Shown: positions 51,279-62,265, counted from the stretch's first letter. The stretch is DNA of 64,000 nt from Promethearchaeota archaeon (GCA_029838195.1 JALGVJ010000006.1:1-64000); one strand, 5' to 3'. The notes: a model not told the origin generated them from the letters alone. Numbers and translations are program-made.

Positions 51279-52307
51279 TTAATCTTCCAAGGTGAGAAAG
51301 GTATAGAAAAAGATGGCGATGAAAATGGTTGCTAATGCCACCAAGCTCCATAAGCTAATGGCCTCCGAGACCTCGGGATTGAAAAGAAAAAAGTTCGATC
51401 CCATGAAAATCGCTGCTAAAATATAGCCAAAAACATGTCCTTTAAATTTCTTCATCCTGGCCTTTCCCGAGAAAAAATTCACGATAGACACGAGGACCAC
51501 TATAAAAAATCCCAGGTAATAAAAAAAATCCACCACCGCAAAATCCAATAGTGCTAAAATGAAAAGAAAGATAAAAAAGAGGAATTCAAAGATTTTAACG
51601 TGCATCATGCTTTTCGATTCTGATGGCGTTGCAAATAATTGTTCATACTCCGAGACCCCTCGATTTGCCAAGAGCACCAAGAAAGATCCGATTGCTAAGG
51701 CGGTACAGAGAGCATAGCTAAATGTATAGACATATTCCGTTAAAGGAATCCATACTGTATTCCATAAGAACAAGGGCAAGTCCAAATAATCAGGAATGAT
51801 GCATATCGTGCAAAAAATAGGCAAGAGTGAGAAGAGTACAATCGTAAATTTTGTTAAAAAAGAGGGCCCCGTGTCGTCCCACATTTCTTTCTTGAACGTA
51901 GTCAAGCGCCATGCTAATGAAGCAAAACTTAAAATGGATATCAACGGCGTGATAAGCGGAAACACGAAGATGAATAAAATGAAAAGAGCATTGATTCCAT
52001 AAAAAATCTTCAATCGTAAAGGAATGATTCCTACCGTTTTATCCATCGAATCGATCGTTTCAGCAAATCTATTTGCAAAAAGGATCAAAAAAAATAGCCA
52101 ACTCACGCTAAACACAAATGGGCACAAAACCCGTATGAGCCAAAAATCTAACACGGGATCATCGGAAAACCATAGAGTGAATCCTACAATATTAAAAATC
52201 AAAAAAATAATGATCGGAACCAAAATAATGGAAATGAGGATGACTAACCGGCTCAAAAGAACACCTTTTAATTGCCGGCCGCCTCCTTCCTTGATCGTGC
52301 TTGACAT
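51279..52307 (-). CDS. Hypothetical multi-pass membrane protein
   Basis: About 9-10 hydrophobic segments. Confidence 0.7.
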   Translation of the reverse strand: MSSTIKEGGGRQLKGVLLSRLVILISIILVPIIIFLIFNIVGFTLWFSDDPVLDFWLIRVLCPFVFSVSWLFFLILFANRFAETIDSMDKTVGIIPLRLKIFYGINALFILFIFVFPLITPLISILSFASLAWRLTTFKKEMWDDTGPSFLTKFTIVLFSLLPIFCTICIIPDYLDLPLFLWNTVWIPLTEYVYTFSYALCTALAIGSFLVLLANRGVSEYEQLFATPSESKSMMHVKIFEFLFFIFLFILALLDFAVVDFFYYLGFFIVVLVSIVNFFSGKARMKKFKGHVFGYILAAIFMGSNFFLFNPEVSEAISLWSLVALATIFIAIFFYTFLTLED

Positions 52308-52572
52308 GACATTTTTCCTCTTAATTATTTATTTTTTCTTAATAAACATAAAAAAATTGAGATTATTTAATCTTTAGCCCCCTTAAAAATTTTATTCAGT
52401 ATATTGAATGCTGATCTCCTAAAAATTCCCCGCTTCCTCCATTTTTTTTCTTTTTCATCTCCCCATCCTACATATTTATTACGTATTCTTAATTACTACT
52501 AACGAATTATTGCATTTTTAAAAATTTTTACTTAAAAATAAATGTAAACTAAAAAATTGAGGTTTTAAAACA

Positions 52573-54363
52573 TTGCCTGTTAAATTGGAGGATAAATATC
52601 AAGTAGATGAAAACAAAATTTGGTTTAAAAAATGGTGGCCCGAAAACGTCCCTAAAAACTATGACTTCCCGGAAAAAACCGTAAACCAATTCCTTGATGA
52701 GCAAGTAGAAAAGCATGCTGACCGATACATCATGTGGTTCCTCGACACGTGGATGACCTATAAGGAATTCCAGGACCATGTCAAGGCCCTAGCGACCGCT
52801 TTATCCCAACTCGGCATTAAAAAAGGAGATGTCGTGGCCATGCATCTGGGAAATTGCTTCCAATATGTCATCGGCTATTACGCCATTACCAGAATCGGTG
52901 CCATTGCTTCCGGCATTAACCCGACTTATCAGCCCATGGAAATACTCCACCAATTCGATATCATCAAGCCTAAAGCTCTCATCGCTCTAGATGCCTTGTA
53001 CGAACCCTATATTAAACCCATCATCGATAAATCTAGCGTGGAAATCGTGATCTATACCAATATTGCTGATTTAGCACATGGATTGGGCTTCAAGCGCACG
53101 CTTGGAAAGTTGCTCAAAAAAATCCCAACCGGAAAAGTTGATTTTCCCGGCGCTTTAAAATTCATGGATCTGCTGAAAACACCCCCAAATGTTCCAGAAG
53201 TCAAGATAGACGTAAAAACTCATCCCTCTACATATATTATGACAGGTGGCACAACTGGATTGCCAAAAGCAGCAGTTTTAACGCATTTTAACGTGGTTTC
53301 GAATGCTCTCCAATGCGCGTTATGGCTTGGAGGCGAGAAGCCAGGTATTGGAAGTGTAGGGGTCTTACCCCTATTTCACTCCTTCGCACACACGGTTGTC
53401 ATGAACGCAAGCATTGCATTGGGAGGCTGGATGATGTTATTTCCCCGCCCTCCCTCTCAAGACGAATTATGTGCCACGATTGAAAAATTGCCATGTCCGG
53501 AAGGATTAATATATGCGGGAGCTGAAATTTTATTCAAACGGCTTGCTGAATTTGAAGGATTGAAGAATTATCCGGGTGTAATGGGCAAGCTAATGCTATG
53601 CATTTCTGGGGCTGGTCCCTTGCATCGACCCGTTCGAGATGCTTTCGTAAAAAATACGGGCGGCAATATCGTGGAGGGATATGGTCTCACGGAGTCAACT
53701 CCTGTCGTTAGTGCCGGTAATCTTTTTGGAGAAAGCCCAATTGGCGTTATCGGCCTTCCTGTCACGGGCACGGAATGGGGAATTTGGCCCTCGGAGGATT
53801 TTGATAAAGGGCCCATTTGTTTAGGGAATCCTGACGATACTAATTTTGGCGAAGAGCACACGGGAGAGATTTGCGTTCATGGACCGCAAGTCATGCTTGA
53901 ATATCTTAACAAGCCCGATGAAACAGCTGAAACCATTAAGGAATATGATGGTAAATTATGGCTCCTAACGGGAGATATAGGCTTTATGAATTCCGATGGA
54001 ACAATTGAAATCAGGGACCGAAAGAAACAGCTCATCAAATATAAAGGCTATAGCGTGTATCCGAAAGAGGTTGAAGAATTACTCATGAAGCATCCCGAGA
54101 TTTCGGAAGCTGCGGTGGCAGGCATTCCTCACGACGAATTTGGGGAGGCGGTCAAGGCTTGGGTGCAGTTAACTCCGGGTTCCACGCTAACGCCTGAGGA
54201 GATTAAGAAATGGGCAGAAGAAAACATGACACATTACAAGAGACCGTATTATGTGGAAATCTTGGATGAAATTCCGAAGAATTTAATTGGAAAAGTTCAG
54301 CGGCGGATCTTGCAGATTAACGATCCGTTATATAAGGCAAAATACGGCGAGCCAAAAGAATAG
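52573..54363 (+). CDS. Long-chain fatty-acid--CoA ligase
   Basis: MTGGTTGLPK, EGYGLTE, TGDIG, DRKK, IPKNLIGK. Confidence 0.93.
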   Translation: MPVKLEDKYQVDENKIWFKKWWPENVPKNYDFPEKTVNQFLDEQVEKHADRYIMWFLDTWMTYKEFQDHVKALATALSQLGIKKGDVVAMHLGNCFQYVIGYYAITRIGAIASGINPTYQPMEILHQFDIIKPKALIALDALYEPYIKPIIDKSSVEIVIYTNIADLAHGLGFKRTLGKLLKKIPTGKVDFPGALKFMDLLKTPPNVPEVKIDVKTHPSTYIMTGGTTGLPKAAVLTHFNVVSNALQCALWLGGEKPGIGSVGVLPLFHSFAHTVVMNASIALGGWMMLFPRPPSQDELCATIEKLPCPEGLIYAGAEILFKRLAEFEGLKNYPGVMGKLMLCISGAGPLHRPVRDAFVKNTGGNIVEGYGLTESTPVVSAGNLFGESPIGVIGLPVTGTEWGIWPSEDFDKGPICLGNPDDTNFGEEHTGEICVHGPQVMLEYLNKPDETAETIKEYDGKLWLLTGDIGFMNSDGTIEIRDRKKQLIKYKGYSVYPKEVEELLMKHPEISEAAVAGIPHDEFGEAVKAWVQLTPGSTLTPEEIKKWAEENMTHYKRPYYVEILDEIPKNLIGKVQRRILQINDPLYKAKYGEPKE

Positions 54364-54520
54364 ATTGTTTAATTTAATCAAGAATTAGCTTAAAAAATTC
54401 AAGGAGCATTCCGTGTTTTATTTTTTAATATATTTTATATTGTTTTTTTTTATTCTTTTTCTCAGTTCGAGCATGACTTTTTATCTTGAATCAACACGAG
54501 TTTTATTCCTTGAGGGAGAA

Positions 54521-55063
54521 TTAAATTAAATTGCTATTTTGTAGCATTAATCTTGTTAGCATTTGAAACGTTTCTTCTACATTCGTGCCTGTTTTAGAAC
54601 TAGTTTCGAGAAACCCATCGAGGCCTCGTTTTTTCACGATTTTAAGCGCATCACTGCTCTTCACTTCTCGTTCATCTTCTAAATCTAATTTACTGCCCAC
54701 TACTAGTATCGGAAATGGCGAAAAATTGTTAGGGGATTTAGCTTGTTGATTTTTAATGACTTCGAGCCAGTCATCGATGTGCAACAGAGAGGCTTCATTG
54801 GTGATATCATACAAGAAAATACCACCATTTGCACCCCTTACATAGGTTGGGAGGAGGAATCTGAAGCGTTCTTCTCCTCCAAAATCCCATATTTGCAATT
54901 TAACTTTCTTTTTTTCGACGTTAAGCGTTTTAATTTGAAAATCAACACCGATAGTCATTTTAGAGTCCGATACGAACACGTTAGTGAGAAATCTGTGTGT
55001 AAGAGTGGTTTTACCTGTTCCTGCATCACCAAAAATTACAATCTTGAAAGTAGCTTGATACAA
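54521..55063 (-). CDS. Rab-like small GTPase
   Basis: GDAGTGKT, TIGVDF, WDFGG, SKLD, TSSK. Confidence 0.93.
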   Translation of the reverse strand: MYQATFKIVIFGDAGTGKTTLTHRFLTNVFVSDSKMTIGVDFQIKTLNVEKKKVKLQIWDFGGEERFRFLLPTYVRGANGGIFLYDITNEASLLHIDDWLEVIKNQQAKSPNNFSPFPILVVGSKLDLEDEREVKSSDALKIVKKRGLDGFLETSSKTGTNVEETFQMLTRLMLQNSNLI

Positions 55064-55344
55064 ATCCTTTTACCTCTTTTTTTTTAATAATTAAATCTAC
55101 ATAATATCATATCTAAAGTTGAGAAATTTTTAATGAATTTAATTTATTTTTTTATAAAATAAAAAATGAAGAGAGGCAATTCGACTGATGATGGAAAGGG
55201 TGATGATTCGTTTTTGACTCATATATATAATATTTTTTCGAAGGAATATTTAAAGATTTGTTTAATTATTACATGCATGAAACTTGATGTAAATTGGAAT
55301 GGTAGCAATAACAAGAACTACATCATGAGAGATGAGAATAAGAA

Positions 55345-56535
55345 ATGATATGCGAGGCAACGTATGATGAGGTAAAGCCATTAGTAGAAGACAAGAAAGT
55401 TCCCATGGTCATTTGTGATTTGGATGCATTTAATCACAATTTAGAACTTGTAGGAAAGTATTTGAGAGAAACGGGCAAGAAATTGCGACTCTGTACTAAA
55501 TCGGTGCGCGTGCCGGAATTGATAACCAGAGTTAATAAGCAAGATTTTGTTAGCGGCGTGTTCACTTATAATTCCGCAGAAACCCTTTTTTTGGCAGAAA
55601 AACACGGGATTAAAGACATCTTGATGGGCTATCCCACAACTTCAAGAGTTGATGTTCAAGAAGCATGTCAAGCAGCGAAGATAAAGGGAACCCGAATCTC
55701 GGTCATGGCGGATTCTATTTTTCATTTAGACTTGCTGGAAGAGGGCGCCAGTTCTCATGATGTCGAATTAAACGTGTTGCTGGAAGTGGACGTGGCGGAC
55801 CATTTTTTTGGCATTAATGTGGGTGTTTTAAGAAGCCCTCTGAGAGAACCCGAACAGGTGGTGAAAATGGCACGAGAAATTCAAAAGCGAAAACATCTTC
55901 GATTTTCTGGAATAATGGGCTATGAAGCTCAGAACGCCTCTATAGGGGATGATAAATTTTTATATCGATATCTTAAAAAACGGTCGAGGCCAAAAGTTAA
56001 TGCTCGGCGAGCGGCCGTGATGAAAGCATTAAAAGAGAACGGACTAATCGGAGAGGATTTCATCATGAATGGGGGAGGCTCGGGTTGTTTTCAAGAAACG
56101 GCCGCAGATCCTACCATTACAGAAATTGGAATTGGTTCCCTGCTATTCAAATCTCACGTGTTTGATCCCATTGAATCTTTAAATGAATTCGTTCCTTCCT
56201 TATATTTCGTGCTTCAAATCGTTCGCAAACCCCGTGAAAACTACGTTACGGCATTCTCAGGTGGATACGTGAGTTCAGGCGTTCGGGCAAATCCTCAAGT
56301 CTTTTTGCCCAAGGGACTAACCGTGACGAAACGTGAGGGATTCGGGGAAGTACAAACGCCTTTTCAATATGATCCAAAAAAATTGACCTTGAATTTAGGC
56401 GACCCCATTTTTTGCAGGTTTGGAAAAGCCGGAGAGCCCTTGACACGCTTCAATGAAGTTTACGTGTATTCGGATGAAAAACTGATAGGAGATACCTATT
56501 TAACATATCGTGGATTTGGAAAGCAATTTTCTTGA
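55345..56535 (+). CDS. Fold-type III PLP enzyme (alanine racemase / DSD1 / D-threonine aldolase-like)
   Basis: DLDAF..N, LRLCTKSVR, GIMGYEAQ, NGGGSG, EGFGEVQTP. Confidence 0.85.
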   Translation: MICEATYDEVKPLVEDKKVPMVICDLDAFNHNLELVGKYLRETGKKLRLCTKSVRVPELITRVNKQDFVSGVFTYNSAETLFLAEKHGIKDILMGYPTTSRVDVQEACQAAKIKGTRISVMADSIFHLDLLEEGASSHDVELNVLLEVDVADHFFGINVGVLRSPLREPEQVVKMAREIQKRKHLRFSGIMGYEAQNASIGDDKFLYRYLKKRSRPKVNARRAAVMKALKENGLIGEDFIMNGGGSGCFQETAADPTITEIGIGSLLFKSHVFDPIESLNEFVPSLYFVLQIVRKPRENYVTAFSGGYVSSGVRANPQVFLPKGLTVTKREGFGEVQTPFQYDPKKLTLNLGDPIFCRFGKAGEPLTRFNEVYVYSDEKLIGDTYLTYRGFGKQFS

Positions 56536-56700
56536 AAAGGTTCTTTTCTCACGGGTATTTTAATCAAGAGAGGCCCATTCTTATTTACCATTTTATTATT
56601 CTTCCTTATTTATTTTTTAACTCGTGTCCAAGGTATCATTTATTAATAGCCGTGATCTACTATTATTATTGAAAACACATTCATTCATGAGGCAAGTTAA

Positions 56701-58011
56701 ATGGTAAGAGATGTAATTAATTGGTCTAAATATTTTTCCATTGACCCGCAAAAAATTGAGGCCGTGAAAAAAAAATTTGGCGCCGAAAAAATATTTGCCA
56801 TGGGACTCATGCCCGTGAGAGGCCCAATTGGTTTTCGGAAATTAGATTATGATTTTGCAGAAAAAGAATTGAACGTGAAAGAAATCATGGATAAACTTGA
56901 AGAGTGCCATTTTAACATCTTAGGATTAGTCATAAAGGATACGGATGGAGCATGCATATGGGACACGAAAGCAGGATGGAATCCAACAAATCGGGACATA
57001 TTAGGGGAGTTTTGCGATGCTGCGCAAGAGAGGAATATGGGATTAATTGTTTCTTTTACTTCCATGAACGATGCTTATCAGGGAGCGATTCATCCGGAAC
57101 GCGTGAGTGTTCACGGCCGAGAAGTGAAACATTCGGGAAAGATATATAAAATAGGAGAGATATCCACCCACGAAGAAGGAGAAATGAGAGTAGACTTACC
57201 TCCTGGCGTATCCTTGGAGGTGTATAAAGAAAAAATCCCATTTTTAACAGATAAGCGGGATGAAAAGATAGGCAAATCCCGAGGGGCAAGGGGTAAAGGC
57301 TATATCCCTCTAACGAGCTTCATGTGCCCCAATTCTGAGCATGTAGATTATCTCTTAGATTTGGCAAGAGAAGTCGTGAAAAATTATCCTATAAAAGGAT
57401 TTTTTGCGGATTATATTAGATATGATGGAGATTTCACGGATTTATGCGCATGTTCTCGATGCGTGAGTGCATTTCGGGAAAAATACGGTGAGAAACCGAA
57501 AATATTGTCCAGTAAAGAATGGTTGGACTTTAGAGAAGACACGATTGCCGATTATGCACGTAAATTGCATGACGTTATCAAGAAGGAGAATGCAGATTGC
57601 ATTTCAGGTTGGTTTTGCCTTCCCGGTCCGAAGAAATTATTTACGAGAAAGCGCATAGCACAAGACTGGGTGAAATTATCTTCTATACTGGACGTGTGCA
57701 GCCCGATGGAGTACCCTTACCTCATGGGGACTCGAGATGATGGCTGGTATTGGGGAAAAGTCGGCGATTTTTCCTTTTGGTATTTTGTTCGAAACATGAA
57801 AAAGCGAGCTCGTGAGATTAAAAGTCCTGCTTTAGCCGTGGTGAATTCAGTGGAATGCAATACGCCTGAAATGTTTCGGCAAGTGAGAGCATTTGATTTT
57901 GGATTAGGAATTGCGGTATTTAAATATTTTGGAACGAAAGAGGAGCAATGGAAAGCATTAAAAAAATATGCAGAAGAGGTATATGGCGTGGACGCATTAA
58001 AAATCAAATAA
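56701..58011 (+). CDS. Glycoside-hydrolase-like TIM-barrel protein (GHL10/GHL6-like)
   Basis: KDTDG...WDT, CPNS, FADYIRY, CACSRC..AF, QDW, SPMEY. Confidence 0.6.
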   Translation: MVRDVINWSKYFSIDPQKIEAVKKKFGAEKIFAMGLMPVRGPIGFRKLDYDFAEKELNVKEIMDKLEECHFNILGLVIKDTDGACIWDTKAGWNPTNRDILGEFCDAAQERNMGLIVSFTSMNDAYQGAIHPERVSVHGREVKHSGKIYKIGEISTHEEGEMRVDLPPGVSLEVYKEKIPFLTDKRDEKIGKSRGARGKGYIPLTSFMCPNSEHVDYLLDLAREVVKNYPIKGFFADYIRYDGDFTDLCACSRCVSAFREKYGEKPKILSSKEWLDFREDTIADYARKLHDVIKKENADCISGWFCLPGPKKLFTRKRIAQDWVKLSSILDVCSPMEYPYLMGTRDDGWYWGKVGDFSFWYFVRNMKKRAREIKSPALAVVNSVECNTPEMFRQVRAFDFGLGIAVFKYFGTKEEQWKALKKYAEEVYGVDALKIK

Positions 58012-58087
58012 TTAAAAAATAATTAGTTACCATTTGAAAAAAAGAGTGTAGCGTTAAGAAAAATAAAGCGAGGGGATTTAACACGGG

Positions 58088-58357
58088 CTAACCCCATTCA
58101 CTCTTGTAGCCCGTGCCTCCTTTAGGCCAATTGAAAATGATGGCATCCGCTTCACAAATGTAGGAGCAGCACATGCATTCCATGCAATTTTGTAGGCTTT
58201 TAATTCTTGCTTTCTTGTTTTTTATTTCGAAACATCCTCCCAAGCAAATTTTTACGCAATTTGCGCATCCGGTACATTTAGCTTCATTGATTTGGATGAA
58301 TTGGCCGGTTCCATTAATCCATTCTACACCAGGAAACTCGGGATTAGTTCTAACCAT
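58088..58357 (-). CDS. FixX-like ferredoxin
   Basis: CTGCANCVKIC, CMECMCCSYIC, WPKGGTG. Confidence 0.85.
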   Translation of the reverse strand: MVRTNPEFPGVEWINGTGQFIQINEAKCTGCANCVKICLGGCFEIKNKKARIKSLQNCMECMCCSYICEADAIIFNWPKGGTGYKSEWG

Positions 58358-60071
58358 GATGACTCACCTCCATAATGGGTTGCTCTTCAAATAATAACGG
58401 ATGGGCATTGACAACAAACGTGGTAATTTTCTTGCTTAATTTTTCGGATATCGGATTCATGAGCCTTAACATGGCGATATAAATAGGCTCCAATATAGGT
58501 AACATGAGTTTCGTCATCTGATTTGCAGAATTTGCAAGGCTCCAGGTAAAATATTTAATCCATTTTGGAGAATGCCTGCGCATCCATGTCATGGTATTGT
58601 CCAGAATTTTCATGACCGTTTCAAAAATCTTTTCAGCTCGTGAAAAGCGGATAGCTTCTTTCTTTAGTGTTGGCTGAGTACCCGTGGATTTAGATGTGAA
58701 ATCAAAACGCTCATGGGCCCAATTATAGTAATAACGGCAATACATTTTAATCCATTTGGTCAAAAGGAATGGGTCATTGTTTAAACTTGAAAGGACCATT
58801 TTCATCAACGGCGTTGCAACGTGCGTCATCGCAGCAATTCCCCACCCCGCATGAACGTATTTTCTCAAGAGCTTTAGATCGTGCTTTTCTTGAGCATAAC
58901 GCAAATTATATCGATTGGTCCCTGAAATTGACCATTGAATTAAAGGATGGCTTTTAATAAGAGTATCATATTTTTTCAAAAATTTTTCCGATACATCCTT
59001 TTTTTTAATGGCTTCAATAGCAACGCTTGCGGCGATTTCAGCTGAGAACCATGCGGCCGGCACGCCATCGCAGAGTTCTGTACTTTCTAGCCCTGCTGCG
59101 TCGCCAATTAACAAAATTCCATTCCCATGATTTTTCATCTTTCGCAAGCGGGGATTAAGCCCCACAAAAATTTCAAAGCCTTCCCACATTCGTGCTCGAA
59201 GTTTCACGTGAGGTGCAACAAGGTTTTTCCACCAGGGCAATTTTGTCGTGATGTTTTCATGATATAAATCAAACGTTTTGCGCATGTTAGGGACGATATT
59301 TCCTTTAAGTTTCAGGCATTGGTCTTGCATAAAGTGTAAGCTCCTCCGATATGGCCAAAGCATCAAACCATTTCCAAATCCCAAGGGAGGAGTTAATTTT
59401 AGCTCGTCCCACGCCCAGCAAAACCAGACAGAATGGCCAAATATCTTATCTATGAGCGGTTTTGGCATTTCATAATCATAAGTATCTGCTAAAGAGATGG
59501 TTTCGGGGGGATATTTCTCCCGGATGCTTGCTTTTATTGCTAATAATCCTTGAGAGCCTTCAGCATCAATGATGATCTTGGATTTAATTCGCTCGCCCTT
59601 GGCCGTAATGACGCCGATGATTTGATCTCCCTCCTTGATCAATTCCGTGACTGTGGTAGATGTTCGTAGGATGACACCCGCTTCTATTGCTTTTCTTGCT
59701 TCCCACTCGCAAAACGGTTTGCAATAAGCATTAAACCCAAAAGCTATTACCGGTGAGAGAGGTTTTGGGATTTTTAAAGTGTCATCTATTTCGATATCTT
59801 CCTTGTCAATATCTTTAATGATATAATTCACGATACCATCCACCGGTCTTTCAATAGGAGGGTTTCCCTCTCTGATAAAAGCAGGACCAAATAAGAAACC
59901 GTATAATGGAATGGTGAGACCTGATATGACTTTCTCTCCCACGTTTTCTGAGCGTTCAAGCATGAGCGTTTTCAAACCCGCTAAGGCACATTTTCTTGCT
60001 GCCACGGGTCCTCCGAAGCCAGCTCCTACAACGATTACATCATATTCCTCTGTAAAAGATTCTTCGCTCAT
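58350..60071 (-). CDS. FixC/geranylgeranyl-reductase-family FAD oxidoreductase
   Basis: YDVIVVGAGFGG, LERS..VGEK, IDAEG, LIGDAAG; overlaps ferredoxin start. Confidence 0.85.
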   Translation of the reverse strand: MSEESFTEEYDVIVVGAGFGGPVAARKCALAGLKTLMLERSENVGEKVISGLTIPLYGFLFGPAFIREGNPPIERPVDGIVNYIIKDIDKEDIEIDDTLKIPKPLSPVIAFGFNAYCKPFCEWEARKAIEAGVILRTSTTVTELIKEGDQIIGVITAKGERIKSKIIIDAEGSQGLLAIKASIREKYPPETISLADTYDYEMPKPLIDKIFGHSVWFCWAWDELKLTPPLGFGNGLMLWPYRRSLHFMQDQCLKLKGNIVPNMRKTFDLYHENITTKLPWWKNLVAPHVKLRARMWEGFEIFVGLNPRLRKMKNHGNGILLIGDAAGLESTELCDGVPAAWFSAEIAASVAIEAIKKKDVSEKFLKKYDTLIKSHPLIQWSISGTNRYNLRYAQEKHDLKLLRKYVHAGWGIAAMTHVATPLMKMVLSSLNNDPFLLTKWIKMYCRYYYNWAHERFDFTSKSTGTQPTLKKEAIRFSRAEKIFETVMKILDNTMTWMRRHSPKWIKYFTWSLANSANQMTKLMLPILEPIYIAMLRLMNPISEKLSKKITTFVVNAHPLLFEEQPIMEVSHHG

Positions 60072-60214
60072 TTTTCCTTATATTTTTTCTACTATAAATT
60101 TTCTAAATTGAATTGTTTATCTTTAATTTAGTTTTTTACATAAATAAGATTATTTTTTTTTACCTCATGAAAAAAATTCATGGAATTAATAAAAATTAAA
60201 AAAAAGGAAGAAAA

Positions 60215-60592
60215 TTAGGGCATGTCGATTAAAACGGTGACAGCAGCGCAACACATGATCATTTGATCGGATTTATCTCCTAGTTCGGGAATTTTTACTC
60301 CTTGCGCTACCATCCCTCCTTTGACGACTTCGAGAGTTTTTTGGCCGAATGGGATGGCTTTTAATACTTTTTTCTCATTAATTGTATCGGGATAAGGAGC
60401 TCCAATTTTCACGTGAACTTTCATTCGCACGAGATCTTCCGGCGTATTAAGATCACAAATTTCAGATAATCCAATCAAGCAATTATTGGAAATTGCATTT
60501 TTTATCGCTTTAATAGCCGCATTAGAGCAATCATTATCATGACCGTGCTGATCAACGCCGTAGCCTAATTGGACGATAAATTTTTTTTCCAT
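60215..60592 (-). CDS. Lin0512 family protein
   Basis: LGYGVDQHG, AAIKAIKNAI, IPFG, GGM, AAVTV. Confidence 0.88.
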   Translation of the reverse strand: MEKKFIVQLGYGVDQHGHDNDCSNAAIKAIKNAISNNCLIGLSEICDLNTPEDLVRMKVHVKIGAPYPDTINEKKVLKAIPFGQKTLEVVKGGMVAQGVKIPELGDKSDQMIMCCAAVTVLIDMP

Positions 60593-60727
60593 GACGTTTT
60601 TCCTCTTGATTTTCTTTAAATAATTGATACATCCATACTTCTTAAAAATATACCGCTAATTTTTTATTTTGGTAATATTGATAAAATTAGGAGGAAGGAT
60701 ACCTATTTATTTGAGAAATTATTAAGG

Positions 60728-60991
60728 TTGAGGATATCCGATTTTAAAGGGAGCTTTTCGCAATATAATTTTACGGTTAAAAAACTCAAGAAAATGGTCG
60801 AAGCGAGTCTCTTGCAATTCGCGGAGGTGAGAGGAAAACTGATATTTGTAAATTTTATCCCACGGGAGGAGATTAATGAGAGGCTTTCTGATGAGCGAGT
60901 TAATAATGAGATGCTGAAATTAGAAATGATGTTCAATGAAGAACCGTCCATGGTGGGAGCTAGCGCACGCCTTCAAGTAATAGGGAAATAG
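60728..60991 (+). pseudogene. C-terminal fragment of a SAM methyltransferase-like gene
   Basis: FT...LK.M.E...L....VRG...LE......P...G....LQVIG; no motif I upstream before a stop at 60617. Confidence 0.35.
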
Positions 60992-61092
60992 CCCAGTTCG
61001 TGAAGGTAGTTTCATAGTTAACCGCGAGGGGGAATGGTGATAAAATATAAGATGATAAAAAATTTAATGATCATTATGGTATAAAATAGGGG

Positions 61093-62145
61093 ATGAGAAT
61101 GGAAAAAATTAGAGTTGGGATCATTGGTTCGGGCTTCATAGCAGAGCATCATGTTTATTCTTATTCGCTCTTGCCGAACGTGGAGATTGTTGGTATCGCC
61201 TCCCTTAAAACCGAGGAAGCTAAAGGTTTAATGAAAAAGTATAATATTCCGGGAGAACCTTATAAAAATTACGAGGATCTTCTGAAATTGGATTGTGAGG
61301 TGATATCCGCATGCGTGCCAAATTTTTTACATGAAAAAACATGTGTTGATGCATTAAATGCGGGCAAGCATGTATTAGTGGAGAAACCATTAGCTAGAAA
61401 CGTCGAAGAAGGGTTGAGAATGATTGACACGGAAAAAGCGTCCAATAGAAAAATTTTCTACTGTGAAAACAACATGTATGCGCCTTCTTTTTCCAAGGTA
61501 AAAGAAATCATTGAAGAAGGAGCTGTGGGGAAGATTTATATGGGGAGAGGAAAAGAGCAACATTCGGGGCCTCATTCTGAATGGTTTTACAAAAAAGAAG
61601 CTGGCGGAGGAGCACTTTTGGATTTGGGGATTCATGATATTGCTTGTCTCACGTGGTATTTGGATTGTGATGTTGTAAACGTTTTTTGTCAGACCAGGAC
61701 GATTTTACCGGACCGGGGAGAATTTGGTCGCTGTGAAGTAGAAGACAATGCGGTCGGGATTTTGTATTATGAAAATGAGGCCCAAGTCGTAATTGAAGAA
61801 TCTTGGACTGCTCCCGGAGGATATGACATGCGATTTGAATTATTCGGAACGGACGGGCAGATAAAAGTTGCGCCCACCTTTAGTAATTTAATTAGCGTGT
61901 ATAGTGAAAAAGGCTATGGATATGCGGTTGAGAAGGCAGGAACAACAAAAGGGTGGACTTTTCCCGTTCCGGAAGAAGCATGGAGCTTTGGATATCCTCA
62001 AGAGATAAAACATTTCATGGACTGCATCCTTACCAATAAAAAACCCTTAACGGATGGCATGTATGGATTAAAAATCTTGAATATCGTGGAAACCATGTAT
62101 AAAAGTGCCCTGTCAGGCAAGCTGGAAGAAGTTAAATCCCTTTAG
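61093..62145 (+). CDS. Gfo/Idh/MocA oxidoreductase
   Basis: GIIGSGFIA, PNFLH, GKHVLVEKP, GGGALLDLGIH. Confidence 0.93.
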   Translation: MRMEKIRVGIIGSGFIAEHHVYSYSLLPNVEIVGIASLKTEEAKGLMKKYNIPGEPYKNYEDLLKLDCEVISACVPNFLHEKTCVDALNAGKHVLVEKPLARNVEEGLRMIDTEKASNRKIFYCENNMYAPSFSKVKEIIEEGAVGKIYMGRGKEQHSGPHSEWFYKKEAGGGALLDLGIHDIACLTWYLDCDVVNVFCQTRTILPDRGEFGRCEVEDNAVGILYYENEAQVVIEESWTAPGGYDMRFELFGTDGQIKVAPTFSNLISVYSEKGYGYAVEKAGTTKGWTFPVPEEAWSFGYPQEIKHFMDCILTNKKPLTDGMYGLKILNIVETMYKSALSGKLEEVKSL

Positions 62146-62265
62146 TTCCGTAATTTTCCTTTTTTCTTATCAATTCTTAGTTTTTTTCTTTTCATTTTTA
62201 CTTGAGGTTAAAGAGAATGAAGCCATTCAGCTCTGATTGGATAATGTTTCTTTATGGGCTAAAAT

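Noticed and set aside
55166-55348. 60-aa ORF, or C/D-box RNA suggested by two TGATGA
   Set aside because: No coding signal and no properly placed CTGA D boxes
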